From an uncultured Chloroflexia bacterium (lineage in GTDB: Bacteria; Chloroflexota; Limnocylindria; Limnocylindrales; CSP1-4): DNA of 64,000 bases. Made by a program: the position numbers and the translations under genes. The DNA lies in the NCBI GenBank assembly GCA_963712745.1, contig CAVQJC010000017.1, positions 388,190 through 452,189 on the forward strand, written 5' to 3'. Below are positions 48,454-58,085 of this stretch, one piece after another. Numbering within the stretch: position 1 is the stretch's first letter; each line of letters starts with the position of its first letter. The notes below the pieces were generated by a model, which saw nothing but the letters and a program-made list of their open reading frames with translations, searched no databases and was not told the origin of the DNA.

Positions 48454-49476
48454 ATGACGCTGCCGACCCCACGCGCTCCGGCGCTGCTTGCTGCGGGCCT
48501 CCTCCTGGTGGTCGCCTGCGCCCCGGGTGGGGCTGCCACACCGAGTCCGGCGGCGACGGGCGAGACCGTTGCCAGGACCGGCGCGGTCACTACCACCGTC
48601 CCCGCCTGCAGCGATGCTGGGACGGTCGCCCGCGACATCCCCGGCTGGCCCCTGGCGGGTGACGCCGATGCTGCCTTCCTCCCGGTGGTCATGTCGTCGT
48701 TGCTCACCTCCGGGCACAACCGCTTCCTCTACAACGTCCTCGACGAGTCGTATCGCCAACTGGCGTCGCCGGACGTCGAGAGCCGGGTCGACTTCTACGC
48801 CCTTGAGCGCGACCCACAGGCACCGGCCGCGCGTACTGGCTCCGCCTACCTGAGCTCGGGTCTGGGCCGCGGGCTGTACCGCGCGGAGGTCGAGTTCGAT
48901 TGCCTCGGCGAGTGGGGCGCGGAGGTCTTCGTGCAGGGACCAGGTGGCAGCTGGTCGAGCGAGCGCCTGCGCTTCGTGGTCCACGCGCACGGCAGCACGC
49001 CGGCCATCGGTGCGCTCGTGCCGCTGTCGGACAGTCCTACCGCCTCGACGCTCGAAGAGGCCCGGCTCGTCTCGACCGACCAGAACCCCTACCTGCCGGC
49101 CTACGACAAGAGCGTGGCCGAGACCGTCACCTCGGGCCAGCCCTCGCTGGTCTTCTTCGCCACGCCTGCCTTCTGCCAGACGGGCTTCTGCGGGCCGACC
49201 GTGGAGCTGGTCAAGTCGGTGGCCCGGGAGTACGAGGGCGTGCTGGAGTTCGTCAACGTCGAGCCCTATGAGCTGCACCTGACCGAGAACGGCCTCCAGC
49301 CACTGCTCGACGAGCAGGGACAGCTTCAACCGGTGCAGTCCGCGCTCGACTGGGGCATCCCCGTGGAGCCCTATCTGTTCCTGCTCGACGCCGGAGGCCA
49401 GGTCTTCGCCAAGTTCGAGGGCATCGTCGGCGGCGACGAGCTGCGCGCCGCGGTGGAGGACGTGCTCAGCGCCTGA
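48454..49476 (+). CDS. Lipoprotein with a C-terminal thioredoxin-like domain (C-x4-C)
   Basis: Lipobox VVAC; FFATPAFCQTGFCGP; VEPYLFLLDAGG. Confidence 0.7.
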   Translation: MTLPTPRAPALLAAGLLLVVACAPGGAATPSPAATGETVARTGAVTTTVPACSDAGTVARDIPGWPLAGDADAAFLPVVMSSLLTSGHNRFLYNVLDESYRQLASPDVESRVDFYALERDPQAPAARTGSAYLSSGLGRGLYRAEVEFDCLGEWGAEVFVQGPGGSWSSERLRFVVHAHGSTPAIGALVPLSDSPTASTLEEARLVSTDQNPYLPAYDKSVAETVTSGQPSLVFFATPAFCQTGFCGPTVELVKSVAREYEGVLEFVNVEPYELHLTENGLQPLLDEQGQLQPVQSALDWGIPVEPYLFLLDAGGQVFAKFEGIVGGDELRAAVEDVLSA

Positions 49477-50428
49477 TCCGGCCGGAGCGCAGGCTGCCGC
49501 GATCGGGGCGGGAGGGGAGCGCGCGGCCGATCAGCTGCGCGGGATCGTCGATGCCCCACTCCGCGCACCACGCCATCAGCTCCTGCCCCAGCCGTGCAGG
49601 CAGGGCCGGTTCGGCCAGCGCCGCGGTGGCGAGCCCCACCGCCGAGGCACCCGCGGCGAGGTAGTCGAGGACGTCGTCGAGCGAGTGCACGCCGCCGACG
49701 CCGATGACCGGGATGCGCACCACCTGGGCGATCTCGTAGACCACGCGCAGGCCGACCGGCTTGAGCGCCGGCCCGGAGAGCCCGCCGTAGACCGACCCCA
49801 GCTGTGGGCCGCGTCGCGCCGCGTCGAGCGCGAAGGCGGGGACCGGAGCCGTGGCGCTGATGACATCGGCACCGGCCGCGGCCACGGCCCGGGCGATGGC
49901 TCGCACGTCTGTCGCGAGCGCCGTGAGCTTGACCACGAGCGGCAGGTCGGTGGCAGCACGGGCGGCCACGGTCGCCGTTTCGCTGGCCGCCACGTCGAGG
50001 CCGATGGGTTCGCCACCTCGGCTGCGGTCCGGGCAGGCGAGGTTCAGCTCCAGGCCGGCGATACCGGGCTGTGTGTCGAGCATCCGCGCGAGGTAGGCGA
50101 TGTCAGCGACGTTGTCGGCGCACAGGCTCACCACGATGGGTACTTTCGCGGTCGCCCAGCGTGGACCCTGGCTGCGCACCACGGCCTCGAGTCCCGCGTT
50201 GGGCGTTCCGACCGAACTCAGCAGGCCGTCGGGCAGCGCCACCATGCGCGGCGCCGGATCGCCTCGGCGCACGTCACGCGTGAGGCTGCGCGTGATGACC
50301 GCCGCGGGTAGCTCATCGCCGACCGCAGCGAGCAGCTCGTTGCCGAATCCGGCACCACCGGCCGCGACGAGCAGGCGGTGGCGGAGGCGTAGCCCGCCGC
50401 GCCGGTCCGGAGCCAGGTCCACGGTCAT
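49466..50428 (-). CDS. pyrD: Dihydroorotate dehydrogenase class 1B catalytic subunit, divergent
   Basis: ELNLACP, VKLT, YGGLSGPALKPVG and IGVGGV motifs; coupled to pyrK. Confidence 0.75.
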   Translation of the reverse strand: MTVDLAPDRRGGLRLRHRLLVAAGGAGFGNELLAAVGDELPAAVITRSLTRDVRRGDPAPRMVALPDGLLSSVGTPNAGLEAVVRSQGPRWATAKVPIVVSLCADNVADIAYLARMLDTQPGIAGLELNLACPDRSRGGEPIGLDVAASETATVAARAATDLPLVVKLTALATDVRAIARAVAAAGADVISATAPVPAFALDAARRGPQLGSVYGGLSGPALKPVGLRVVYEIAQVVRIPVIGVGGVHSLDDVLDYLAAGASAVGLATAALAEPALPARLGQELMAWCAEWGIDDPAQLIGRALPSRPDRGSLRSGRIRR

Positions 50429-51294
50429 GGATCGCGCTCCGGCCGCAACTCGGCGGCCGCGAAGGCCGGCCCTTCCCGGCACACCCTGCGCGGCCCCTCC
50501 AGCCCGTCGATGACGCAGCCGAGGCAGACACCGAGCGCGCAACCTGCCTCGTGCGGCAGGGCCACCTGGAGCCAGGCGCGGCGACGGATCCGGGCCGCTC
50601 CGGCTCGGGGGCGTCGGCCATGGCGGCGGCCGAGCTGAGCCACGCCCATACGGCCCTGGCGACCTCCGGCCAGCCGGGAGACGGCCGTGACCAGCTCGGG
50701 GCTGCCGGCCGTGAAACACTGGTCGGCCCAGGCTTCGTACTGCGGAACCAGGTCGCTGACCGTGCCCCGGTGACCCAGCGAGCCGTCGTCGGTGGCTACG
50801 ACGTACTCGGCCTCATCCGGCAGCAGCGACGAGGGGAGGACCTCGGCCACGGTCCGTGCGCCGACCAGGACGGTAACCTGGCGCATGCTGGCCACGGCCT
50901 CGTCCACCACCGCGCGTACCCGGGCCAGGCCTCCGGCGTCGGCCACGACCAGCAGGAAGCGGCTGCGAGGGTCGATGTCGAAGCCGCGCCCCAGCGGGCC
51001 ATCGAGCAGGGCCCTGTCGCCGGGACTCGAGCGGGCGAGTCGCTGGGCCGGCGTGGGCGCCTCATCGAGCAGCAGCTGGAGCTGGCCGGCCACGCGGTCG
51101 AAGCCGGCTACCGGCGCGGCCGGCAACAGCAGTCCCGGCGTCCGCGGCGCCAGGACGTAGACGAACTGGCCCGGCTGGACCGCTCGGGCGATGCGTGGCG
51201 CAGCCCAAGTCTGCAGCTGCTGCCCCGGCAGGACCTCGCGTGTCTCGAGGAGGCGGGCTTCCTCGGCCGAGCTACTCGTCGGTCGCGTCGCCAC
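50425..51294 (-). CDS. pyrK: Dihydroorotate dehydrogenase electron transfer subunit
   Basis: PGQFV, GPLGRGF, ATDDGSLG and the CALGVCLGC...VCREGP [2Fe-2S] motif. Confidence 0.8.
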   Translation of the reverse strand: MATRPTSSSAEEARLLETREVLPGQQLQTWAAPRIARAVQPGQFVYVLAPRTPGLLLPAAPVAGFDRVAGQLQLLLDEAPTPAQRLARSSPGDRALLDGPLGRGFDIDPRSRFLLVVADAGGLARVRAVVDEAVASMRQVTVLVGARTVAEVLPSSLLPDEAEYVVATDDGSLGHRGTVSDLVPQYEAWADQCFTAGSPELVTAVSRLAGGRQGRMGVAQLGRRHGRRPRAGAARIRRRAWLQVALPHEAGCALGVCLGCVIDGLEGPRRVCREGPAFAAAELRPERDP

Positions 51295-52171
51295 CGTCGC
51301 GGTCGGCCGCCTCATCCTCGAGCTCGGGTGCCACGTGGGGATGCTGCTCGGCGATGGCTTCGGCCAGGTCGCCGAAGAGGTCCGTGGGATCGTAGAACTG
51401 GACCATCTCGTCGGCCAAGGTCAGCGCCTGCCACACCGGTTCGCCCTGCTCGTCCATCTCGGGCACGACCTCGCCTTCGAAGGCCCCGCTGGCGCGGAAC
51501 CACAGGCGTTCATCCTCGTCATCGGCGATCTTGCTATCCCCGAGCACGCCGGCCACGTTCCCGGACGCGACCTGGAAGTCGTCGAGCAATTGGGCCTCCC
51601 GGAACTGGCTGCGTTCCTGGAACGTCAGCGCCAGGTCGTAGAGCGTGCGCGCTGCTTCGTCCCTGTCGCGCGGAGCCGGCAGCGGGGTCAGCCAGTCCTG
51701 GTCGAACTCACGCTCACCGATGGCCTCGTCCTCGTCACCCTCGGCCGCGTCGACTCCCTCGGCCACGTCCTCGTCTTCGGGCGCGAGGCCTTCCTCCTCG
51801 GCCTGCGGCTCCTGCCTGATGCCGAGCTCGGCCTCGTCGCGAGCGGCATCGGCGAAGGCGGCATACAGGTCGGCCGGGTTGTAGATCTCGACCAGATCGG
51901 CGGCATCCTCGATGTCCTCGGTCTCCGCCACCCAGTTCCCGTCGTCGTCCCGATAGCGGGTGCGCGAGCGGAACGTGCCCTCCTCGGTGACGAAGAGGTA
52001 CTCGGGCCCGTCATCGATGAGCACGAGCCCGCCGAGGTCGCGGAACTGGCGCTTGTTGCCGTCGATGAAGCGGGCGAACTGGCGGCCGGCGTCGTCGAGG
52101 AATTCATCGCGCTTCCGGCCCGCGTCCGTGGCCAGGTTGCCCAGGACCGATGCGCGCTGCTGCTCGTCCAT
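51272..52171 (-). CDS. Very acidic hypothetical protein with an internal domain duplication
   Basis: AAGGAG RBS; two similar segments ending YNPADLYAAFADA and YDPTDLFGDLAEA. Confidence 0.7.
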   Translation of the reverse strand: MDEQQRASVLGNLATDAGRKRDEFLDDAGRQFARFIDGNKRQFRDLGGLVLIDDGPEYLFVTEEGTFRSRTRYRDDDGNWVAETEDIEDAADLVEIYNPADLYAAFADAARDEAELGIRQEPQAEEEGLAPEDEDVAEGVDAAEGDEDEAIGEREFDQDWLTPLPAPRDRDEAARTLYDLALTFQERSQFREAQLLDDFQVASGNVAGVLGDSKIADDEDERLWFRASGAFEGEVVPEMDEQGEPVWQALTLADEMVQFYDPTDLFGDLAEAIAEQHPHVAPELEDEAADRDGGDATDE

Positions 52172-52212
52172 ATCTGTCTCCTTTGGGTGCTGCCGCGCTC
52201 GGCGCTGTGGCG

Positions 52213-52539
52213 CTAGGGGATGAACTCCAGGTCGGCGGTCATCCGCTCGCGCAGGATCATCACGTGGTGGCGCTCGAACATCCACTCACCGGCACGGTGA
52301 CCGATGGCGCGCGAGCGAGGATCGCTCTCGAGCTTGTCGATGGTCGCGAAGTCAGGCACCTCAAGGAGCATGACGTTGTCGAAGTCCCAGCCGTAGGCCA
52401 CGTTGTACCAGCCGAGGAAGCGCATCCCGAAGTCCTGCTCATATCGCTCGACCTGCCTGGGAAAGAGCTTCTGCATGAAGAACTTGAAGAACGGGTCGCG
52501 ACCGCGGCGAACCGAGAAGAAGGTGGCCAGGACCGGCAC
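52213..52539 (-). CDS. Hypothetical protein, possibly a dimeric alpha+beta barrel (NIPSNAP/GYD-like)
   Basis: GGAG RBS; 'GMRFLGWY...DNVMLLEVPD' pattern. Confidence 0.6.
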   Translation of the reverse strand: MPVLATFFSVRRGRDPFFKFFMQKLFPRQVERYEQDFGMRFLGWYNVAYGWDFDNVMLLEVPDFATIDKLESDPRSRAIGHRAGEWMFERHHVMILRERMTADLEFIP

Positions 52540-52638
52540 GATGTCTCCACTAGCGAGTCCACGCATTGTCGCACGCAGCACCGGGCGCGCTCGACCGCGC
52601 GGCCGGCTTGGCCGAGCCGCCGGACGGCGTTCCTGTGC

Positions 52639-53124
52639 CTAGCTCTCCAGTTCCCGCAGCAGCACGTCGACCAGTGACGACTGCGCCGGGTTCATGGCGA
52701 TCCGCGCCTGCTCCGGAGTGAACCAGGCGACCTGATCGAGCTCGGGCACGTCGATGAAGATCCCCGAGCGTGGGGGCCATTCCATCTGGAACGTGTTGGA
52801 CCAGGCGTCGGCCGGATCGAGATCGCCCTCGACGGCCCAGGCATACACGGTCTTGCCGCCACGCTGCTTGATACTGCCGAGCTCGATCATCCGTGCATTG
52901 GAGCCGACGACATGGCCGGTCTCTTCGCCGAATTCGCGCTTGGCCACGGCGATGAGGTCCTCGCCGTCCTCGGCCTGGCCCTTGGGGATGGACCAGGCGC
53001 CCGCGTCCTTGTTTTCGAAGTACGGGCCCCCGGGGTGGCCCAGCAGCACCTCGATGCCGGTCTCCCTGTGGCGGAAGAGCAGGATGCCCGCGCTGACGCG
53101 GAAGCGGGAGGTGGTGTCAGCCAT
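52639..53124 (-). CDS. NUDIX hydrolase
   Basis: SAGILLFR, HPGGP and WSIPKG...AKREFGEETG motifs. Confidence 0.9.
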   Translation of the reverse strand: MADTTSRFRVSAGILLFRHRETGIEVLLGHPGGPYFENKDAGAWSIPKGQAEDGEDLIAVAKREFGEETGHVVGSNARMIELGSIKQRGGKTVYAWAVEGDLDPADAWSNTFQMEWPPRSGIFIDVPELDQVAWFTPEQARIAMNPAQSSLVDVLLRELES

Positions 53125-53686
53125 GGTCGCGCTCGGTGGTCGAAGGATCGTCCGTGCCGGCCACCTCGGCTGCCCGGCCTGCCTCGCCGGACGTGCCCGC
53201 TTCGCCGGCCTCGCCCGGTTGGCCGGCCTCCTCCATCTGCCCCACGGTCGGCTTGGCCTTGGGGTCGAGCGGGGTCCGGCGCGTACGGCGGTCAGCGGCC
53301 ACCAGGCGCAGCAGGAAGATGATCGTTTGGCCACTGAACAGGAGCAGCACCAGCGTGAAGATCAGCAGTGCGCCGCTGATGAACGGATCCCAGCCCCAGG
53401 TAACCGTCAGGGGGGTGAAGATGAGGAAGAACGTCAGCAGGGCGATCTGGATCCAGAAGCAGCCGAGCCCCGGGCCACGCTCGGCGTCCAGCGGCTCGCC
53501 CTTGTACTCGGGCATCTTGACCGGCGGCGAAGTCCCGCCGCTCCCGGAGGGCGGTGTCTGGCCGGCGGCAACGGGCGACTCCTGGCCGGCGGCGGTCGGC
53601 GGCGGCAGGTCGCTCGTGGTGGACTCCTCCGAACGCTCGGGCGCAGGTTTCGGTGGCGCCGCAGCGTCGTTCGTTCGTTCGGGCAC
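53117..53686 (-). CDS. Hypothetical membrane protein (two TM helices, low-complexity ends)
   Basis: GTG start 6 nt after TACGAT; overlaps the NUDIX start. Confidence 0.6.
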   Translation of the reverse strand: MPERTNDAAAPPKPAPERSEESTTSDLPPPTAAGQESPVAAGQTPPSGSGGTSPPVKMPEYKGEPLDAERGPGLGCFWIQIALLTFFLIFTPLTVTWGWDPFISGALLIFTLVLLLFSGQTIIFLLRLVAADRRTRRTPLDPKAKPTVGQMEEAGQPGEAGEAGTSGEAGRAAEVAGTDDPSTTERDHG

Positions 53687-53832
53687 GTCCTCATCGTAGT
53701 CGGTGGCGGCCGCACCGCGCCCGGATGGCGTGGGACCCGGGTCAGATGGCCTGTCCGGTCAGTCGCTCGGTCCGTTGCGCATGTGGCCTCCACGGACGAT
53801 GATGGAACCAGCCGCATCGGGGGGAAGGTCTC

Positions 53833-54363
53833 ATGTCATGCGATGGCCCCGTCCACTACCGCCGTGCCGTGGTCGACGATGCCGCCGGCATCGCCCAGGT
53901 CCATGACGACGGCTGGCGTCGCGCCTATGAGGGCCTCGTGCCCGATGAGTACATCGCCTGCAAGTCATCTTTCGGTCACGAGGGGTTCTGGCGCGCAGAG
54001 CTGGAGCTTCAGGCCGCCGATCGCAAGCCCTTTGTGGCGCTGGTGGAGGACGGCATCATCGGCTTCGCCGACGGCGGCATCGCCCGCGACGATGACCTCG
54101 ATGCCGGCGTGGGCGAGGTTTACACGCTGTTCGTGACACCCGAGTGCTGGGAGAAGGGCATCCGCTCACGATTGGTGGAGCATGTCGCCCGTGATCTCCG
54201 GGACCACGGGTTCCAGCGGGCCGTGTTCTGGGTCCTCGCGGCGGACCAGGTCATGCGAGCTTTCGCCGAGTTCACCGGCTGGCGAGCCGATGGCGCTACC
54301 CGTATCGAGGACTGCGGCGGCACCCAGGTAGAGGAGTTCCGCTACGCCCGCGACCTGATCTAG
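53833..54363 (+). CDS. GNAT family N-acetyltransferase
   Basis: DDAAGIAQVH, GEVYTLFVTPECWEKGI and WVLA motifs. Confidence 0.85.
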   Translation: MSCDGPVHYRRAVVDDAAGIAQVHDDGWRRAYEGLVPDEYIACKSSFGHEGFWRAELELQAADRKPFVALVEDGIIGFADGGIARDDDLDAGVGEVYTLFVTPECWEKGIRSRLVEHVARDLRDHGFQRAVFWVLAADQVMRAFAEFTGWRADGATRIEDCGGTQVEEFRYARDLI

Positions 54364-54382
54364 GTGCCCGTGTGAGCCACAT

Positions 54383-54979
54383 CTAGCCGGCGCTGCGCGG
54401 CGCGGCTGCGGGCCCTGGTGCCTCGACAGCCGGCCTATCCGCCAGCACCACCTCGTCAGCCTCGGCGCCATCCTCGGTCAGGCGCGTCTCGACCCGGTCG
54501 CGGCGGGACGTGGGCACGTTCCGGCCCACGTGGTCAGGCCGGATGGGCAGCTCACGGTGACCCCGGTCGATGAGCACCGCCAGGCGCACCGCAGCCGGCC
54601 GCCCGTGGTCCATGAGGGCATCGAGTGCCGCGCGCACCGTGCGGCCGGTGAAGAGGACGTCGTCGACCAGCACCACTGTCGTGACGGCCGGGTCGAACGA
54701 GCGCAGGGACGGCTCCGGGATCGTGCCCGCTGCATCAGGGTCGATGGCACCGTCGCGGTCGTCGCGATAGGGCGTCACGTCGAGCGCCGAGACCGGCACG
54801 GAGACGCCCTCGCGCGCTTCGATGGCTGAGGCGATGCGGGCCGCCAGGGCCGGGCCCCGACGCTCGATACCCACCAGCGCCAGCCCTCCCGCACCGCCGT
54901 GCTTCTCGACGATCTCGTGCCCGATCCGAACCAGGGCTCGGCGCATATCGTCGGCCGACATGATCACGCGTGGACCCAC
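54383..54979 (-). CDS. pyrR: Bifunctional pyr operon regulator / uracil phosphoribosyltransferase
   Basis: [24 protein letters not shown] and [12 protein letters not shown] motifs. Confidence 0.93.
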   Translation of the reverse strand: MGPRVIMSADDMRRALVRIGHEIVEKHGGAGGLALVGIERRGPALAARIASAIEAREGVSVPVSALDVTPYRDDRDGAIDPDAAGTIPEPSLRSFDPAVTTVVLVDDVLFTGRTVRAALDALMDHGRPAAVRLAVLIDRGHRELPIRPDHVGRNVPTSRRDRVETRLTEDGAEADEVVLADRPAVEAPGPAAAPRSAG

Positions 54980-55051
54980 GGGCCACCTCCTCCGCTGCAG
55001 CGTAGCCGAAGCCCTCGCCGCGAGGTCATCCTTGGTGCCCCCACGGCGCGG

Positions 55052-56116
55052 TCATCGGCGCGGGAAGTCGTCCCACGAGCGGCCGCTGTCGGGGTCATCG
55101 TGCGGGGCCGACTCGCCTGAGGCCCGCCGCGTCGTCGCCAGCAACTCGTCGACCGCGGCCTCGGGGCTGATGGGGTTGACCGGCAGGCCCGTGCCCAGCT
55201 CCAGGCCGGCGATGTCACGCAGCCGGGGGTGGATCTCCCAATGCCAGTGATAGGTCTCGCTCACAGCCTCGTGCAGTGGCGCGGTATGGAGGACCAGGTT
55301 GTAGGGTGGGCCGTCGAGGATGTCGAGCAGGCGGATGACCTTCTGCAGCGCCTCGGCCGCTCCGGTGAGCTGATCGTCCGTGGCTCGTCCGAAGTCGGCT
55401 TCGTGATGACGGGGAACCACCCACAGCTCGAACGGTGAGCGCGACGCGTACGGAGCGAAGCAGACGCTGGCGGCATCCTCGAAGACGAGCCGTGAGCGCC
55501 GCGCGACCTCGGCCTCGACGAGCCGGCACCAGGGACAGACACCCTCCTTGATGACGTAGCGCGCGGCACCGCCCAGCTCCTCGCCGATGCGATGGGGGAG
55601 ATGGGGCAGGTCGTAGACGTCGAAGCAGAGATGGTTGGTCATGGCCCCGGCCTGCTGGCCCCAGTTCTGGACGATCTGGAGGTACTGGGTGCCGCCTTCG
55701 TCGCGCGCCCGACCGATGCGGTCGCGGGCCAGCTGCAGCATCTCGATGACCACGGACTCGCGCTCGGCACCGAGCGGGACATGGTGCTCGAAGGGTGCCA
55801 CGATCGTCTCCCACGAGCCAACGTCGCCAGACAGGCCCATTCGCAGTTCCGCCTCGTTGGTTTCGGGTTCATCGGGATCCTCGCGTCGTCGTTGGCCCGA
55901 CTCGCTGCCGGCGATGGTGAAGGCCCTGGGCTTGAGCATGCGCAAGCGCGTCCCGTCGTTCGGCGCGGGCTCGCAGTTCTGGCAGCGGCCGCTGAAGTCG
56001 CGCACCGGCGCAGCCTCACGCGCGAATCGGGCACGGTTGAACTCGCGGTCCACGACCACGGCGACCCACCAGCCGGTGATGTCGTCACGCCGGAGCTCGA
56101 ACAGTCCGCCGGCCAT
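55052..56116 (-). CDS. GalT-like (galactose-1-phosphate uridylyltransferase family) protein with an altered active site
   Basis: ELRRDDITG, CPWC, FAPYASRSPFELWVVP, YNLVLHTAP and HWHWEIHPRL...AGLELGTG motifs; HPH replaced by HLC. Confidence 0.8.
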   Translation of the reverse strand: MAGGLFELRRDDITGWWVAVVVDREFNRARFAREAAPVRDFSGRCQNCEPAPNDGTRLRMLKPRAFTIAGSESGQRRREDPDEPETNEAELRMGLSGDVGSWETIVAPFEHHVPLGAERESVVIEMLQLARDRIGRARDEGGTQYLQIVQNWGQQAGAMTNHLCFDVYDLPHLPHRIGEELGGAARYVIKEGVCPWCRLVEAEVARRSRLVFEDAASVCFAPYASRSPFELWVVPRHHEADFGRATDDQLTGAAEALQKVIRLLDILDGPPYNLVLHTAPLHEAVSETYHWHWEIHPRLRDIAGLELGTGLPVNPISPEAAVDELLATTRRASGESAPHDDPDSGRSWDDFPRR

Positions 56117-56118
56117 GG

Positions 56119-56874
56119 CTACATCACCGGCGCTTCGGCGGGCTGGGTCGGGGTGCCCGCTGCATCGGCGGCCCGAGCCCGCTGCTCGCCCGACTCCTCG
56201 ACAGCGCCGGCGAGGCGAGCGCTGAAGTCCTCCGCGAACCAGGCGCCGGCCTGGCCCACGCCCTCGGTCGACGGCTCCGCCGGGGCGCTCTTCCAGCCCA
56301 GTTCGCGGGCGATCGAGGTGACGTCCAGCCCGGCCATGCCGCAGGGCTCGATGAGGCCGAAGTCCTCGAGGCGGGTGCTGATGTTGAGTGCGATGCCGTG
56401 GTAGGTGATGCCCCGTTCGACGCGCAGGCCGAGTGCTCCCAGCTTGCGCGGAGCGGGGCCGTCCCCCCCGACCCAGGTGCCGGGATAGCCCGGCCGGGGA
56501 GCCGCGGTCACGCCGTAGCGCGCGGCCACGTCGCCCATCGCCAGCTCGAGGGCGCGCACGAACGGCCGCAGCAGCACGGGGCGATCGCGCAGGCGAACGA
56601 TGGGATAGGCCACCAGCTGGCCGGGGCCGTGGTACGTGACCTCACCGCCGCGCTCCACGCGGATGACCTCGATGCCGCGCCGGGCCAGTTCGCCGGGCGC
56701 GCTGATGATGTGCTCCTCCCTGGCGTGCCGGCCCAGCGTGAGCACGGGCTCATGCTCGACCAGCAGGAGCGTGTCCGGAGCTTCGCCGGCATCGCGAGCA
56801 GCGTGCCGGGCGCGCTGCACCTCCCAGGCCTCGCGGTAGCGCATGCGGCCGAGCCATTCGACCTCCAGGTCCAT
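56119..56874 (-). CDS. lipB: Lipoyl(octanoyl) transferase
   Basis: LLVEHEPVLTLG, RGGEVTYHGPGQLVAYPI, HGIALN and PCG motifs. Confidence 0.95.
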   Translation of the reverse strand: MDLEVEWLGRMRYREAWEVQRARHAARDAGEAPDTLLLVEHEPVLTLGRHAREEHIISAPGELARRGIEVIRVERGGEVTYHGPGQLVAYPIVRLRDRPVLLRPFVRALELAMGDVAARYGVTAAPRPGYPGTWVGGDGPAPRKLGALGLRVERGITYHGIALNISTRLEDFGLIEPCGMAGLDVTSIARELGWKSAPAEPSTEGVGQAGAWFAEDFSARLAGAVEESGEQRARAADAAGTPTQPAEAPVM

Positions 56875-56950
56875 GGCTCGGACGGTAGCACGCAGCCCGT
56901 GGTGGGTGGTTCGACACGTGAGGGATCCGGCACGGCTGCGCGGTCTGCTA

Positions 56951-57886
<936 letters not shown>

Positions 57887-57937
57887 GGTCCGATGGTGCC
57901 ACGCCCGGACGGCAGGCGCGCCCCGCGGCGCGTCTGG

Positions 57938-57977
57938 CGTCGTCACCGGGCCGTCATCGTCGTCACCGGGCCGTCAT
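57938..57977. repeat. 20-bp perfect tandem repeat CGTCGTCACCGGGCCGTCAT x2
   Basis: Lies in the divergent intergenic region. Confidence 0.85.
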
Positions 57978-58085
57978 GCCACGGAGACACCGCCTTCACG
58001 GGGGCTGCCTAGCGTCCGCCCCGGCCGGGCAGAGGACCCGTGTCGACCGGGCATGACCCGGGGCAGAGGAAAAGGAGACCCTGAC

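Noticed and set aside
54980-55051. PyrR-binding attenuator upstream of pyrR
   Set aside because: No AGUCCAGAGAGGC-like loop or U-tailed terminator in the short gap, and none seen ahead of pyrK.
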